DNA of 64,000 nucleotides from Chromatiaceae bacterium (GTDB lineage: Bacteria > Pseudomonadota > Gammaproteobacteria > Chromatiales > Chromatiaceae). Positions within the stretch are counted from its first letter, which is position 1. Each line of letters starts with the position of its first letter. The stretch covers positions 35,581 through 99,580 of the forward strand of contig JADKCI010000001.1 of NCBI GenBank assembly GCA_016714645.1, given 5' to 3'. This document shows, in pieces, positions 49,500-59,355 of this stretch. Under the pieces are notes generated by a model that saw only the letters and a program-made list of their open reading frames with translations, searched no databases and was not told where the DNA came from. The translations under genes and the position numbers were made by a program.

Positions 49500-50075
49500 A
49501 TGCCGCAACGCCACCTTGTTTTCGCCAGCCTCCTGGCCAGTGCCCTGGCGGGCGGCGGCTGCGCCCATCAAGAAGAGGCCCTGGAGACCCTCCCGGGCGA
49601 GGGCACCGCCGAGGCAGGTCGCTTTCGTCCCCCGGAAGACCCGCGCCAAGCCATCCCCCCGGCCCGGCAGCGGGCCATCACCATCTTTCTCGACTCCCAG
49701 ACCTACGAATATCGCGAGGATGACCGGATTTTCGCCAGCGGCGCCATCTCCTCCGGCTCGCCCGAGCACCCGACCCCCGCGGGGGACTTTCGTGTCCTGT
49801 CCAAGGACGAGGACAAGCGCTCCGGCAAGTACACCAATTACTTCGACCAGAACACCCCCATGCCCTATTCCCTGCAATTTCATGGCCCCTACTTCATCCA
49901 TGAGGGCTGGCTGCCGGGCCACGCCGACTCCCACGGCTGCGTACGGCTGAAATACGAGGACGCCAAACTCCTCTTCAGCCGCGTCCAGGTCGGTGATCCG
50001 GTCCTCATCAAACACGAGGGACGGGCACGGTCGGCAAACCCCTTTGGCGACGCCTTTCCCTTCCCGCTGTTTTGA
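49500..50075 (+). CDS. L,D-transpeptidase (YkuD-domain) lipoprotein
   Basis: The lipobox is ALAGGGC. The catalytic region is YFIHEGWLPGHADSHGCVRL. Confidence 0.8.
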   Translation: MPQRHLVFASLLASALAGGGCAHQEEALETLPGEGTAEAGRFRPPEDPRQAIPPARQRAITIFLDSQTYEYREDDRIFASGAISSGSPEHPTPAGDFRVLSKDEDKRSGKYTNYFDQNTPMPYSLQFHGPYFIHEGWLPGHADSHGCVRLKYEDAKLLFSRVQVGDPVLIKHEGRARSANPFGDAFPFPLF

Positions 50076-50184
50076 AGGCCCATCTATCTGCTGATTTCCG
50101 GACGACAAGAAAAAAGGGGGGGTCGCGCGAGACTCGCTTGACCAAAGCCGCGATCAAGGCGGCCTGCGCAATCAGTAAGCCAGC

Positions 50185-51252
50185 TCAGACCTCGCCAAAC
50201 AAGTCCCCCGGGGGACCGGCCTGGATCTCGGCGGGGCGCGGCGGGCGGATACCCAGATGCAGGTAGGCGGTTTGGGTCGCCATGCGGCCGCGTGGGGTGC
50301 GCATAAGATAGCCCTGCTGGATGAGGAAGGGTTCCAGGACATCCTCGATGGTGCCGCGTTCCTCGCCGATGGCGGCGGCCAGGCTCTCGACGCCGACGGG
50401 GCCGCCGTCAAATTTCTCGATGACGGCCGCCAGCAGGCGGCGGTCCATGTGATCAAAACCCAGGACATCCACCTTGAGCATGGAGAGGGCGCCATCCGCC
50501 ACCGCGGCGGTGATGCGACCGTCGGCCTTGACCTGGGCGAAGTCCCGCACCCGCCGCAGCAGGCGATTGGCGATACGCGGCGTGCCCCGGGAGCGGCGGG
50601 CGATCTCGGCGGCGCCGGCCTCCTCGGTCTCGATGCCGAGGATGAGGGCGGAGCGGGCAACGATGTGGGCCAGGTCCTCCGCCGAATAAAACTCCAGACG
50701 CTGGACAATGCCAAACCGATCCCGCAGGGGCGAGGTCAGGAGGCCGGCGCGCGTCGTGGCGCCCACCAGGGTGAAGGGCGGCAGGTCGAGCTTGATGGAG
50801 CGCGCCGCTGGGCCATCGCCGATCATGATGTCGAGTTGGTAGTCCTCCATCGCCGGGTAGAGGACCTCCTCCATGACCGGGCTCAGGCGGTGGATCTCGT
50901 CCACGAAGAGGACATCCCCCGGCTCCAGATTGGTGAGGAGGGCGGCCAGGTCACCGGGCTTCTCCAGCACCGGGCCCGAGGTCTGGCGCAGGCCCACCGC
51001 CATTTCATGGGCGATGATGTGGGCCAGGGTGGTCTTGCCCAGGCCGGGGGGGCCGAAGATGAGGACGTGATCCAGGGTCTCGCGGCGCTGGCGGGCGGCG
51101 CCGATGAAAATCTCCATCTGCTCGCGCACCGCCGGCTGGCCAACGTAATCCACCAGCTTGCGCGGGCGGATGGCCCGGTCCAGCGCCTTGTCTTCCGGGG
51201 CCGAGTCAGGGCTGATGAGGCGATCGGGGGCAGGCGGGGAGGCGGACATCAA
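50185..51252 (-). CDS. ruvB: Holliday junction branch migration helicase RuvB
   Basis: 355 aa. [12 protein letters not shown], Walker [12 protein letters not shown], Walker [10 protein letters not shown] and [18 protein letters not shown] are all present. Confidence 0.95.
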   Translation of the reverse strand: MMSASPPAPDRLISPDSAPEDKALDRAIRPRKLVDYVGQPAVREQMEIFIGAARQRRETLDHVLIFGPPGLGKTTLAHIIAHEMAVGLRQTSGPVLEKPGDLAALLTNLEPGDVLFVDEIHRLSPVMEEVLYPAMEDYQLDIMIGDGPAARSIKLDLPPFTLVGATTRAGLLTSPLRDRFGIVQRLEFYSAEDLAHIVARSALILGIETEEAGAAEIARRSRGTPRIANRLLRRVRDFAQVKADGRITAAVADGALSMLKVDVLGFDHMDRRLLAAVIEKFDGGPVGVESLAAAIGEERGTIEDVLEPFLIQQGYLMRTPRGRMATQTAYLHLGIRPPRPAEIQAGPPGDLFGEV

Positions 51253-51341
51253 GGCTCGGGGACTGGGGTCAGGCGGCTGAGGCAGAGCGGGTCAGGCGCC
51301 GCGGATGAGATCAGTTTGACACGGCGGGCCCGCGATTGCAC

Positions 51342-53435
51342 TCAGGGCCCGGGCTCCAGGAAGACCCGGACCCGGCTGGAACGGCCCTCGGCATCGACGA
51401 CGGCGAGGCTGACGAAGCCAGGACCGGCGGGGCGCCAGTGGGTGGCGCGGGCGTAGGGCTCCCGGGCAATGGGGGCGCCGTCGGCAAACCAGGTGAAGGG
51501 CGGCTGACCGTCGCGGACCTTGAGGGTCAGCTCGGCCTCCCCGCCGGGGGCCAGGGCGAGACGAGCGCCGGCGGGGGGAAAGGCAATGCGCGGGCCGGCG
51601 GTCGCGGCCGAGCCCCCGACCTGGCGTAGCGGTGGGGGCAACTTGGCGGTGGTCGTGTGCAAGACTCCCGGCGGTGCCGGGGGCAGGGGCTGACGCGGTC
51701 CCAGGCGAGCGAAGGCATCGATCAGCAAGGGCGCGGCGGCGGTGATGCCGGTGAGCCCGGGCACGGGGGCACCATCCGGCCGGCCGGCCCAGACGCCGAT
51801 CACATGCCGGCCGTCGAAACCCAGGGCCCAGGCATCGCGGTAGCCGTAGGAGGTGCCCGTCTTGAAGGCCAGACCGGCGGCGCTGGCGGCCTCGGGGGCC
51901 GGCACACCGGCCAGAATGTTGGCGACCTGCCAGGCGGCGCCAGCCTCCAACACCCGTTGCTGGCCAGGTGAGTCCTGGGTGGCCGGGGTCGCGGACAGGT
52001 TCTCCACCAACTGCAGGGCCCGCCCGCCCCGGGCGATGGCCCCATAAACCGCCACCAGGTCCGTCAGGCGCAGCCCCACCCCGCCCAGGCCGATGGCGAG
52101 ACCGGGTGGCGACAGGTCTGGGAGTTCCGGTCGGGCCCCGGCCCGCTTCAGCCGCGCCACCAGGCGCGCCGGACCCACCGCCTCCAGCAGCTTGACGGCA
52201 GGGATGTTGAGGGAGAGCTGAAGGGCGCGGCGCAGGGTCACCGTGCCCTGGTAGTCGCGGTCGAAATTGGCGGGGACATAGCGACCAAAGCCCGCGGGGC
52301 GGTCTTCGATCAAGCTTTCCGGGTGGCCGATACCGGCCTCGAAGGCCAATCCGTAGATCAGCGGCTTGAGGGTCGATCCCGGCGAGCGCACCGCTCGGGT
52401 CATGTCGATGAAGCCCTCGCGATCCCCCGCCAGCAGGCCGGCGGAACCTACGGCGGCCAGGATCTCGCCGGTGCCGTGATCCGCCACCAGCAGGGCCACC
52501 GACAGGCGCTCGCCCAGGGCCAGGGCGCGCTCGGCGGCGAGCGTTTCCAGCCGAGCCTGGAGGTCCGCATCCAGGGTTAGCCGTTGCACCGCCAGGTCTG
52601 GATGCGCTACCCGCGCCCGCTGGGTGGCGTGCGGGGCCAACAAGGGGAAGGGGCGGCGCTGGCGGGGCACGGGCTCGCGCCGCGCGGCCTCGGCCTCATC
52701 CTGGTCGAGGATGCCCGCGGCGACCGCCCGCGCCAGGACCCGATCGCGCGCGCGTTCGGCCGCCGCCGGGTCCCGGTCCGGACGACGCGCCTCGGGGGCT
52801 TGGGGTAAGGCCACCAGCAGGGCCGCCTGGGCCGGGGTCAGGTGCCCGGGCTCCTTGCCAAACCAGGCCAGGGTGGCGGCGCGAAGGCCCTCAAGATTGC
52901 CGCCATAGGGGGCGAGGAGCAGATAGCGTTCGAGGATGGCCACCTTGTCCAGCCGCCGCTCCAGGGCCAGGGCCGCGACCATTTGCCGGGTCTTGCCCGC
53001 CAGGCCCCGGGTCGGCTGGCCCTCCTGCAGGCGCGCCACCTGCATGGTCAGGGTCGAGGCCCCGGAGACGATGCGCCCATTCGCGGCCCACTGCCCCGCC
53101 GCCCGGGCCAGGGCGAGGACATCGACGCCGCCATGGTCGTGGAAGCGCCGGTCCTCGCAGGCCAGGAGGATGCGGATGAAGAGGGGGTCCACCTCCGCCA
53201 GGGTTACCGGCAGGCGCCAGCGACCATCGGCGACGGTAAAGGCCCGCAACAGGCGGCCATGACGATCCAGGACCAGGGGCGAGGTCGGCACGGCGCCCAG
53301 GCGGGGCTCCAGGGCGTTGACCAGGAAGGGGAGACTTGCCAAGGCGGCGAGCCCAGCCAGGAACCCGATCCCGAGGGCGATCAAGAGCCAGCGGCCGGGA
53401 CCGCGACGAGGACCAGCCGGCCCTTTCAACCTCAT
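51342..53435 (-). CDS. pbpC: penicillin-binding protein 1C
   Basis: 697 aa. The GT51 motifs are EDRRFHDHGGVD and RQMV...LER, and the transpeptidase SxxK is SPGSTLKP. A C-terminal PBP1C-type beta domain follows. Confidence 0.85.
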   Translation of the reverse strand: MRLKGPAGPRRGPGRWLLIALGIGFLAGLAALASLPFLVNALEPRLGAVPTSPLVLDRHGRLLRAFTVADGRWRLPVTLAEVDPLFIRILLACEDRRFHDHGGVDVLALARAAGQWAANGRIVSGASTLTMQVARLQEGQPTRGLAGKTRQMVAALALERRLDKVAILERYLLLAPYGGNLEGLRAATLAWFGKEPGHLTPAQAALLVALPQAPEARRPDRDPAAAERARDRVLARAVAAGILDQDEAEAARREPVPRQRRPFPLLAPHATQRARVAHPDLAVQRLTLDADLQARLETLAAERALALGERLSVALLVADHGTGEILAAVGSAGLLAGDREGFIDMTRAVRSPGSTLKPLIYGLAFEAGIGHPESLIEDRPAGFGRYVPANFDRDYQGTVTLRRALQLSLNIPAVKLLEAVGPARLVARLKRAGARPELPDLSPPGLAIGLGGVGLRLTDLVAVYGAIARGGRALQLVENLSATPATQDSPGQQRVLEAGAAWQVANILAGVPAPEAASAAGLAFKTGTSYGYRDAWALGFDGRHVIGVWAGRPDGAPVPGLTGITAAAPLLIDAFARLGPRQPLPPAPPGVLHTTTAKLPPPLRQVGGSAATAGPRIAFPPAGARLALAPGGEAELTLKVRDGQPPFTWFADGAPIAREPYARATHWRPAGPGFVSLAVVDAEGRSSRVRVFLEPGP

Positions 53436-53489
53436 GATGGCAAGCGCTTTCTCATAGCCGGATTGCAGCGAAGGCCCAGCCCGCGCCGG

Positions 53490-54029
53490 TCAGATCTTGA
53501 GGCCCAGCAGGATGCCGGCGGTGAAGGAGGCGGCGTTGGAGAGGTTTTTCGACATGAAGTCCCGGAGCCCGCCCGCGTAGGCCCCGAACCAGGCGGCAAA
53601 ACTGTCGTAGCCGGCCTCCATGCCGGACCAGTTGATGCCGATGAAGCCGGCGTGCTGCAGGGCAAAGAGGGCGATCAGGAGGAGACCGCCCCCCACCAGC
53701 GCGATCTTGAAGGCGATCTTGAAGGCAAAGCCCACCGCCAGCCCGACGATAAAGGAAAATCCCAGGTTCAGCAGATGCTCGGGGGAAAACAGGGCCGGAT
53801 CGGCGCCCGGGCCCCTGGCCATACCAGCGGGCGGGAAGGGCAAGGCCGACTCCGGCGCGGGCGGCGCCAGGGTGTCCGCCCTCACGTCCGCCGGAAAGCT
53901 CTCGGTCGGGGGCCGCCCATGTGCCGGGGTGGCCAGGGCCGGGGCCTCGGACTGACGGGCCAGATGGGAACTCGCCGCCACGGCGCCCGCCAGGCCCAGC
54001 GCGCTCCCCACCAGGGTCAGGGGCCGCAT
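53490..54029 (-). CDS. FUN14-domain membrane protein
   Basis: 179 aa. The C-terminal half LNLGFSFIVGLAVGFAFKIAFKIALVGGGLLLIALFALQHAGFIGINW is FUN14-like. Confidence 0.65.
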   Translation of the reverse strand: MRPLTLVGSALGLAGAVAASSHLARQSEAPALATPAHGRPPTESFPADVRADTLAPPAPESALPFPPAGMARGPGADPALFSPEHLLNLGFSFIVGLAVGFAFKIAFKIALVGGGLLLIALFALQHAGFIGINWSGMEAGYDSFAAWFGAYAGGLRDFMSKNLSNAASFTAGILLGLKI

Positions 54030-54089
54030 CGCTCGCCCCGCCCCCTGGCCCCCGGCGCCCCATTCAAGACCCCGTCCCGCCGGTTCCGC

Positions 54090-55757
54090 CTAGCGCCGAC
54101 GGGGTGGCGGCAGGTCGGTGATGGAGCCATGGGCCACCTCCGCCGCCAGGCCGATGGTCTCGTTCAGCGTCGGATGGGGGTGGATGGTCAGGCCGATATC
54201 CTCGTAGTCCGCGCCCATCTCCAGGGCCAGGACGGTCTCGCCAATGAGTTCACCCGCATTGGGACCCACGATACCGGCGCCCAGGATGCGCTTGGTGGTG
54301 GGGTCGAAGAGAAGCTTGGTCAGGCCCTCGTCCCGGCCGATGCCCAGGGCGCGACCGCTGGCGGCCCAGGGGAAGACCCCCTTTTCATAGGCGATGCCCT
54401 TGGCCTTGGCCTCGTTCTCCGTCAGGCCCATCCAGGCCACCTCCGGGTCCGTGTAGGCCACCGAAGGGATGGTGAGAGGATCGAACAGGGCCGGCAAGCC
54501 GGCGATGACCTCGGCGGCGACCTTGGCCTCGTGGGTGGCCTTATGCGCCAGCATGGGGTTGCCCACCACGTCGCCGATGGCGAAGATGTTGGGGACATTG
54601 GTGCGCATGTGTTGATCCACCGGGATGAAGCCCCGCTCGTCCACCGTCACGCCCGCCGCCTCGGCGGCGATGAGTTTGCCATTGGGCCGGCGGCCCACCG
54701 CCACCAGGACCCGGTCGTAGGTATCCTCGGCCGGCGCGTCCGGGCCCTCGAAGCCGACCTTGATGCCCTCGGCGGTGGCGCTCATGGCGGTGACCCGGGT
54801 GCCAAGCAGGATGCGGTCGTAACGCTTGTTGATGACCTTCTCCAGAGGCTTGACCAGGTCCTTGTCGCAACCCGGGATAAGCTGGTCCTGGAGTTCCACG
54901 ATGTCGATGCGCGAACCCAGGGCCTGATAGACGGTGGCCATCTCCAGGCCGATGATGCCGCCGCCGACGACCAGCAGCCGCCCGGGGATGTCCGGCAGGG
55001 TCAGGGCATCGGTGGAATCCATGACCCGCGGGTCCTCGTGGGGGAAGCCGGGGATCTTCACCGGCGTCGAGCCGACGGCGATGATGGCCTGGTCGAAGCT
55101 GATCCGGACGCGCCCCTCGCGGGTCTCGACGGCCAGCCGGTTCGGCGCCTCGAAGCGCCCGGTGCCCTGGATGACCCGGACGTTACGCGCCTTGGCCAGA
55201 CCCGCCAGACCGCCCGTCAGCTTTTGCACCACCTTATCCTTACCTGCCCGCAGCGTGTCCAGATCGATGTCCGGCTCGCCGAAACGCACGCCCAGGTGCG
55301 CCATCTCCGCCGCCTCGTTGATGATCTGGGCGGCATGGAGCAGGGCCTTGGAGGGGATGCAACCGACATTGAGGCAAACGCCCCCCAGACTTGGGTAGCG
55401 TTCGATCAGGACCACCTGTTTCCCCAGGTCGGCGGCACGGAAGGCCGCCGTGTAGCCGCCGGGGCCCGCGCCCAGCACGACCACCTCGGTGGCGATCTCG
55501 GTAACGGCGGTCTCCCCCGCCGCCTCGGCGTTCAGGACCAGGAGGAGATCGCCCTCCGCCACCCCGTCGCCCGCCTTGACCTGGATCCGGGCCAGGGTAC
55601 CCGAGGCCGGTGCCGCAACCCCAACGGCCCCCTTGTCGCCTTGCAGCGTGACCAGGGCTTGATCCTTCAGCACCCGGTCTCCGGGGGCGACCAACACCTC
55701 GACGACCGCCACCCGTCCGCCGATCGCGGGCACGCGAACCTCAATGTTGTTGTTCAT
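54090..55757 (-). CDS. lpdA: dihydrolipoyl dehydrogenase with an N-terminal lipoyl-attachment domain
   Basis: From ATG 55757 there is a lipoyl domain (VTLQGDKGAVGVAAPASGTL), then the FAD motif VVVLGAGPGGYTAAFRAA, the redox CLNVGCIPSK and the C-terminal HAHPTL-type interface (IHPHPTLNE). Confidence 0.9.
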   Translation of the reverse strand: MNNNIEVRVPAIGGRVAVVEVLVAPGDRVLKDQALVTLQGDKGAVGVAAPASGTLARIQVKAGDGVAEGDLLLVLNAEAAGETAVTEIATEVVVLGAGPGGYTAAFRAADLGKQVVLIERYPSLGGVCLNVGCIPSKALLHAAQIINEAAEMAHLGVRFGEPDIDLDTLRAGKDKVVQKLTGGLAGLAKARNVRVIQGTGRFEAPNRLAVETREGRVRISFDQAIIAVGSTPVKIPGFPHEDPRVMDSTDALTLPDIPGRLLVVGGGIIGLEMATVYQALGSRIDIVELQDQLIPGCDKDLVKPLEKVINKRYDRILLGTRVTAMSATAEGIKVGFEGPDAPAEDTYDRVLVAVGRRPNGKLIAAEAAGVTVDERGFIPVDQHMRTNVPNIFAIGDVVGNPMLAHKATHEAKVAAEVIAGLPALFDPLTIPSVAYTDPEVAWMGLTENEAKAKGIAYEKGVFPWAASGRALGIGRDEGLTKLLFDPTTKRILGAGIVGPNAGELIGETVLALEMGADYEDIGLTIHPHPTLNETIGLAAEVAHGSITDLPPPRRR

Positions 55758-56041
55758 CTTGTTTATTATCCTCATAACTTTGGTGGTGGGCAGACCGCAT
55801 CCAGCCAGGCCCGGCCTCATGATACTAGGTCGGGGCCCCGAGCGGGCAGGACCCGGATATGGAGCCGCGCGACCAAAAGGCGTGCATTCGCTTGCCAAAG
55901 ACGCGAAACAGGGGTCAGAATGACGCCCCCAGGGGCAAACCCGCGACAAGTGCTCGCACTTACGCTTGGCATTGTGCTATAAATGAACTAGCCCCCTTGG
56001 GCGAAACCCCTATTTTCAAACAACTCTTGGAGAGTTAATTC

Positions 56042-56227
56042 ATGACTAAGATCATTTCCCTGTCCGCCGCCGCCCTCCTTGGCCTGGGTCTCCTGTCTGG
56101 CTGTACCGATCAGCAGGCTCGTGATACCGCCGCCGACGCCCTGAAGAAGGCCGAAGCCGCTCAGGCTTGCTGCGACGCCACCACTCAGCGCGTTGACCGC
56201 ATGTATCAAAAGATCATGTCCAAGTAA
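56042..56227 (+). CDS. lpp: Braun-type murein lipoprotein (Lpp-like)
   Basis: 61 aa. It has the signal and lipobox LGLLSGC, a short helical Ala/Gln/Asp-rich body and a C-terminal Lys (…YQKIMSK). A good GGAG box precedes the ATG. Confidence 0.65.
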   Translation: MTKIISLSAAALLGLGLLSGCTDQQARDTAADALKKAEAAQACCDATTQRVDRMYQKIMSK

Positions 56228-57168
56228 AGCCGGTTCGCCGTGCTTTGCCGGCCTCCCACGCGCTGTGGGATGCCGGCGTTCCCTTCCACCGCCCGCTTCA
56301 CCGCATTCCAATCCAAATTTACGTCCGGGGACTGTGCCAGTCGCGCCGGAACCACATCGTGAAATGATGCCGCGGTCCCCTCGGGATCACGATGCACCTC
56401 CAGATATAACTCATTCCCGCGCCAGCCAAATTTATAGGGCTGATCGACAATGGTGATGGGTTCGTTGACCGATACCATCGGGAAGAGTTGTGCCACCCCC
56501 TCGGGATACATGCGGATACAACCGCGACTCACCTCCATGCCGAGGCCCCAGGGTTTGTTGGTGCCATGAATCAGAATGCTCGGCGCGCTTGTGCGCAGGG
56601 CGAACTCGCCCAGGGGGTTGTCGGGGCCGGCCGGCACCACCGCCGGCAAGGGTTCGCGTCCCTCCTTGGCGCGATCGGCGTGGTGGGCCGCCGTGGGCGT
56701 CCAGGTCGGGTCCTTCACCTTGGACGTCACCTTGAAACGCCCGAGCGGCGTGTTGAGACCATCACGGCCGACGCTGATGGCGAAAGTCGCCACCTCCTTG
56801 CCGTTGCTGGGAAAAAAATAGAGGCGCTTCTCCGCCAGATTGAGCACGATGCCCTGATGCGGCGCATCCGGCAGCACGAAGCTCTCCGGCACCAGGACGT
56901 CATCCCCCGCCTTGGGCACCCAGATATCCACCTTCTGATTGGCCATGCGCATATCGTCATAGCCCATGTTGTTCTGACGGCCGATGTCGAGAAGGGTGTC
57001 TTCCTTGCGGCTCTTTACATAGAATGCCCGACCTACGACCTCCTGGTTGGGGTCGGTCAGTTTGAAGACGGCGGCGTCGGCGGACAGGGTCCAGCCAGAC
57101 GCCATCAGGGCCAGGCTCATGCCGGCCGCCAGGGGGGACAGCGCCCGCCCCTTATTCAATCTCAACAT
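56206..57168 (-). CDS. LysM + YkuD L,D-transpeptidase (ErfK/YbiS/YcfS type)
   Basis: The signal peptide is LAAGMSLALMASGWTLSADA and the LysM domain reads EDTLLDIGRQNNMGYDDMRMANQ. The catalytic region is ILIHGTNKPWGLGMEVSRGCIRM. The 3' end overlaps lpp convergently by 22 nt. Confidence 0.85.
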   Translation of the reverse strand: MLRLNKGRALSPLAAGMSLALMASGWTLSADAAVFKLTDPNQEVVGRAFYVKSRKEDTLLDIGRQNNMGYDDMRMANQKVDIWVPKAGDDVLVPESFVLPDAPHQGIVLNLAEKRLYFFPSNGKEVATFAISVGRDGLNTPLGRFKVTSKVKDPTWTPTAAHHADRAKEGREPLPAVVPAGPDNPLGEFALRTSAPSILIHGTNKPWGLGMEVSRGCIRMYPEGVAQLFPMVSVNEPITIVDQPYKFGWRGNELYLEVHRDPEGTAASFHDVVPARLAQSPDVNLDWNAVKRAVEGNAGIPQRVGGRQSTANRLYLDMIF

Positions 57169-57205
57169 TTGTCTTTTCACGAATTTCACAGCCTCATGGA
57201 TTTCG

Positions 57206-59272
57206 ATGTCTAAGCCCTCGCCGCTCTCGCACGTTCGCAACATTGGTATCGCCGCTCACGTGGACGCCGGCAAGACGACCTTGACGGAAAGGATACTGTT
57301 TTATACCGGCGCTTCCCACAAAATTGGCGAGGTCCATGACGGCGCCGCCCACATGGACTACATGGCCGAGGAGCAGCGGCACGGCATCACCATCACCTCC
57401 GCCGTCACCAAGGCCCCCTGGCAAGGCCACCTGCTCCAGATCGTCGATACCCCCGGCCATGTGGACTTTACCGTCGAGGTGGAGCGCTCCATGCGCGTCC
57501 TCGACGGCGCCATCCTGGTGATCGACGGGGTGCGCGGCGTCGAGCCCCAGACCGAAACGGTCTGGCGCCAGCGCTGCCGTTTCAACCTCCCCGTCCTTTT
57601 CTTCGTCAATAAGATGGACCGCCCGGGTGCCGATTATCGCCACAGCCTGGAGAGCCTGCGCCAGCGGCTGGGGGCCGAGCCGGTGCCCGTGACCATTCCC
57701 CTGCCGGAAGGTACCCTGGATCGCCCCTCCGTGGTGCATTTGATCGAGCGGCGCCTCATCGGTTTCACCGGCGACCAGGGTACCGAGCTGATCGATGAAG
57801 CCTGCCCCGATGATATCTGGGAGCAATTCGCGGACGAACGCGAGGCCCTGCTCATGGCCTGCGCCGAGCAGGACGAGGAGCTGGCCGACCGGGTCCTCTC
57901 CGGCGAGGACCCGGAGCCGGAGGAGCTGTGGACCGCCCTGCGCCAGGGCACCCTGGCGGGGACCCACTTCCCCTGCTTTGGCGGCAGCGCCCTGCGCAAT
58001 CTGGGCGTCCAACCCCTCCTCGATGGCGTCATCAAGCTCCTTCCCGCCCCCCTCGACCGCCCGCCATCCCTGGCCCTGAGACCGGATGGCAGCGAGGAAT
58101 CCGTGGCCCTGGACGCCAAGGGGTCCCTGGTCGCCCTGGCCTTCAAGGTGCAGATGTGGGAGGGTCGGCGCCACGTCTTCGCCCGCCTCTACCGCAGCCA
58201 GCTCAAGCCCGGCGACAAGGTCCAGTTCCTGACCGCCGACGGGCGCGTCCCGACCGAGATGGTGTCGCGCATCTTTGATGTGGATGCCGGGCGCAAGACC
58301 GGCCTGGACCTGGCCAAGGCTGGGGATATCGTCCTCCTCGCCGGCCTGCGCCACGCCACCACCGGCGACACCCTCTGCACCCCCGGCCACTTGCTGCGCC
58401 TGGAGCGCATCGAGGCCCGCGAGCCGGTGCTGGGCCTGGCCATCGAACCCACCGCCGGCACGGACGAAGACAAGCTTCTGGAGGCCCTGCAAAAGGTCCT
58501 GGAGGAGGACCCCACCCTGCGCCTGGAAGAGGACCCGGAGACCGGCCAGCGCCTGCTGCGCGGCATGGGCGAACTGCACCTGGCCATCGTCATTGAGCGC
58601 CTGGACCGCGAATTCCGCGTCGGGGTGCGCAGTGGCCGGCCGGCGGTGGCGGTCCGCGAGACCATCCTGGGCTCGGGCACTGCCGACATGATCCATGCCA
58701 CGCCGCCCATCATTGAGCAGCGGATTCCGGAACGACGGGCGCGGGTGGTGGTGGCGGTCGAGGCCCGGGATCGGGGTACCGGGACCCAGATCTCCGACGA
58801 CATCCCCGAGGTCCTGCCCGCGGGGGCGACCCTCAACCTGGAGCAGGCGGCGGCGGTCCGCGCCGGCCTGCATGCCGCCCTGGAGTCCGGTCCCCTGCTG
58901 GGGACGCCCGTCGAGGACGTGGCCGCGCGCATCCTGCGGGTCGAAGTCTTTGGCGCCGCCTCCACCCCCGACGCCCTGCGGGCCGCCGCCGCCCGCGCCA
59001 TCCACAAGGCCCTGGAGGAGGCCAGTCCCGCCGCCCTCAAGCCCCTCATGACCCTGGAAGTGGTGGCCCCCGAGGAAAATCTCGGCGCCGTGCTCGGCGA
59101 CCTCCAGTCCCGGCATGCCCTCATCCGTGCCACGCGCGCCGAGGGCGACCGCATCACCATCGACTGCGAGGTCGCCCTGGAAAAGGTACTCGGCTACACC
59201 ACGGACCTGCGCAGCCAGACCCAGGGGCGCGGCCAGTTCAGCATGGAATTCGAGCGCTTCGATCTGGTGTAG
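57206..59272 (+). CDS. elongation factor G-like translational GTPase (paralogue, outside the str operon)
   Basis: From ATG 57206: G1 is AHVDAGKTT, G3 is DTPGH and G4 is NKMD. EF-G domains II-V are recognisable. Total 688 aa. Confidence 0.85.
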   Translation: MSKPSPLSHVRNIGIAAHVDAGKTTLTERILFYTGASHKIGEVHDGAAHMDYMAEEQRHGITITSAVTKAPWQGHLLQIVDTPGHVDFTVEVERSMRVLDGAILVIDGVRGVEPQTETVWRQRCRFNLPVLFFVNKMDRPGADYRHSLESLRQRLGAEPVPVTIPLPEGTLDRPSVVHLIERRLIGFTGDQGTELIDEACPDDIWEQFADEREALLMACAEQDEELADRVLSGEDPEPEELWTALRQGTLAGTHFPCFGGSALRNLGVQPLLDGVIKLLPAPLDRPPSLALRPDGSEESVALDAKGSLVALAFKVQMWEGRRHVFARLYRSQLKPGDKVQFLTADGRVPTEMVSRIFDVDAGRKTGLDLAKAGDIVLLAGLRHATTGDTLCTPGHLLRLERIEAREPVLGLAIEPTAGTDEDKLLEALQKVLEEDPTLRLEEDPETGQRLLRGMGELHLAIVIERLDREFRVGVRSGRPAVAVRETILGSGTADMIHATPPIIEQRIPERRARVVVAVEARDRGTGTQISDDIPEVLPAGATLNLEQAAAVRAGLHAALESGPLLGTPVEDVAARILRVEVFGAASTPDALRAAAARAIHKALEEASPAALKPLMTLEVVAPEENLGAVLGDLQSRHALIRATRAEGDRITIDCEVALEKVLGYTTDLRSQTQGRGQFSMEFERFDLV

Positions 59273-59282
59273 GGGACCCGAC

Positions 59283-59317
59283 GCCTGCCCGGGCATTTAG
59301 CCCCGGCAGGCTTCCTT
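59283..59317 (+). terminator. putative terminator hairpin after the EF-G-like gene
   Basis: Stem GCCTGCCCGGGC, loop attta, stem GCCCCGGCAGGC (one mismatch), followed by a weak T-rich run. A second hairpin, GCGCCGCGATC-aggctg-GATCGCGGCGC, lies at 59328-59355. Confidence 0.4.
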
Positions 59318-59355
59318 CGGCGGACTGGGCGCCGCGATCAGGCTGGATCGCGGCG

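Noticed and set aside
51342-53435. pbpC lacks the alpha-2-macroglobulin (yfhM-type) partner gene it is paired with in E. coli.
   Set aside because: The partner may simply be encoded elsewhere. Absence from this window alone is not informative.
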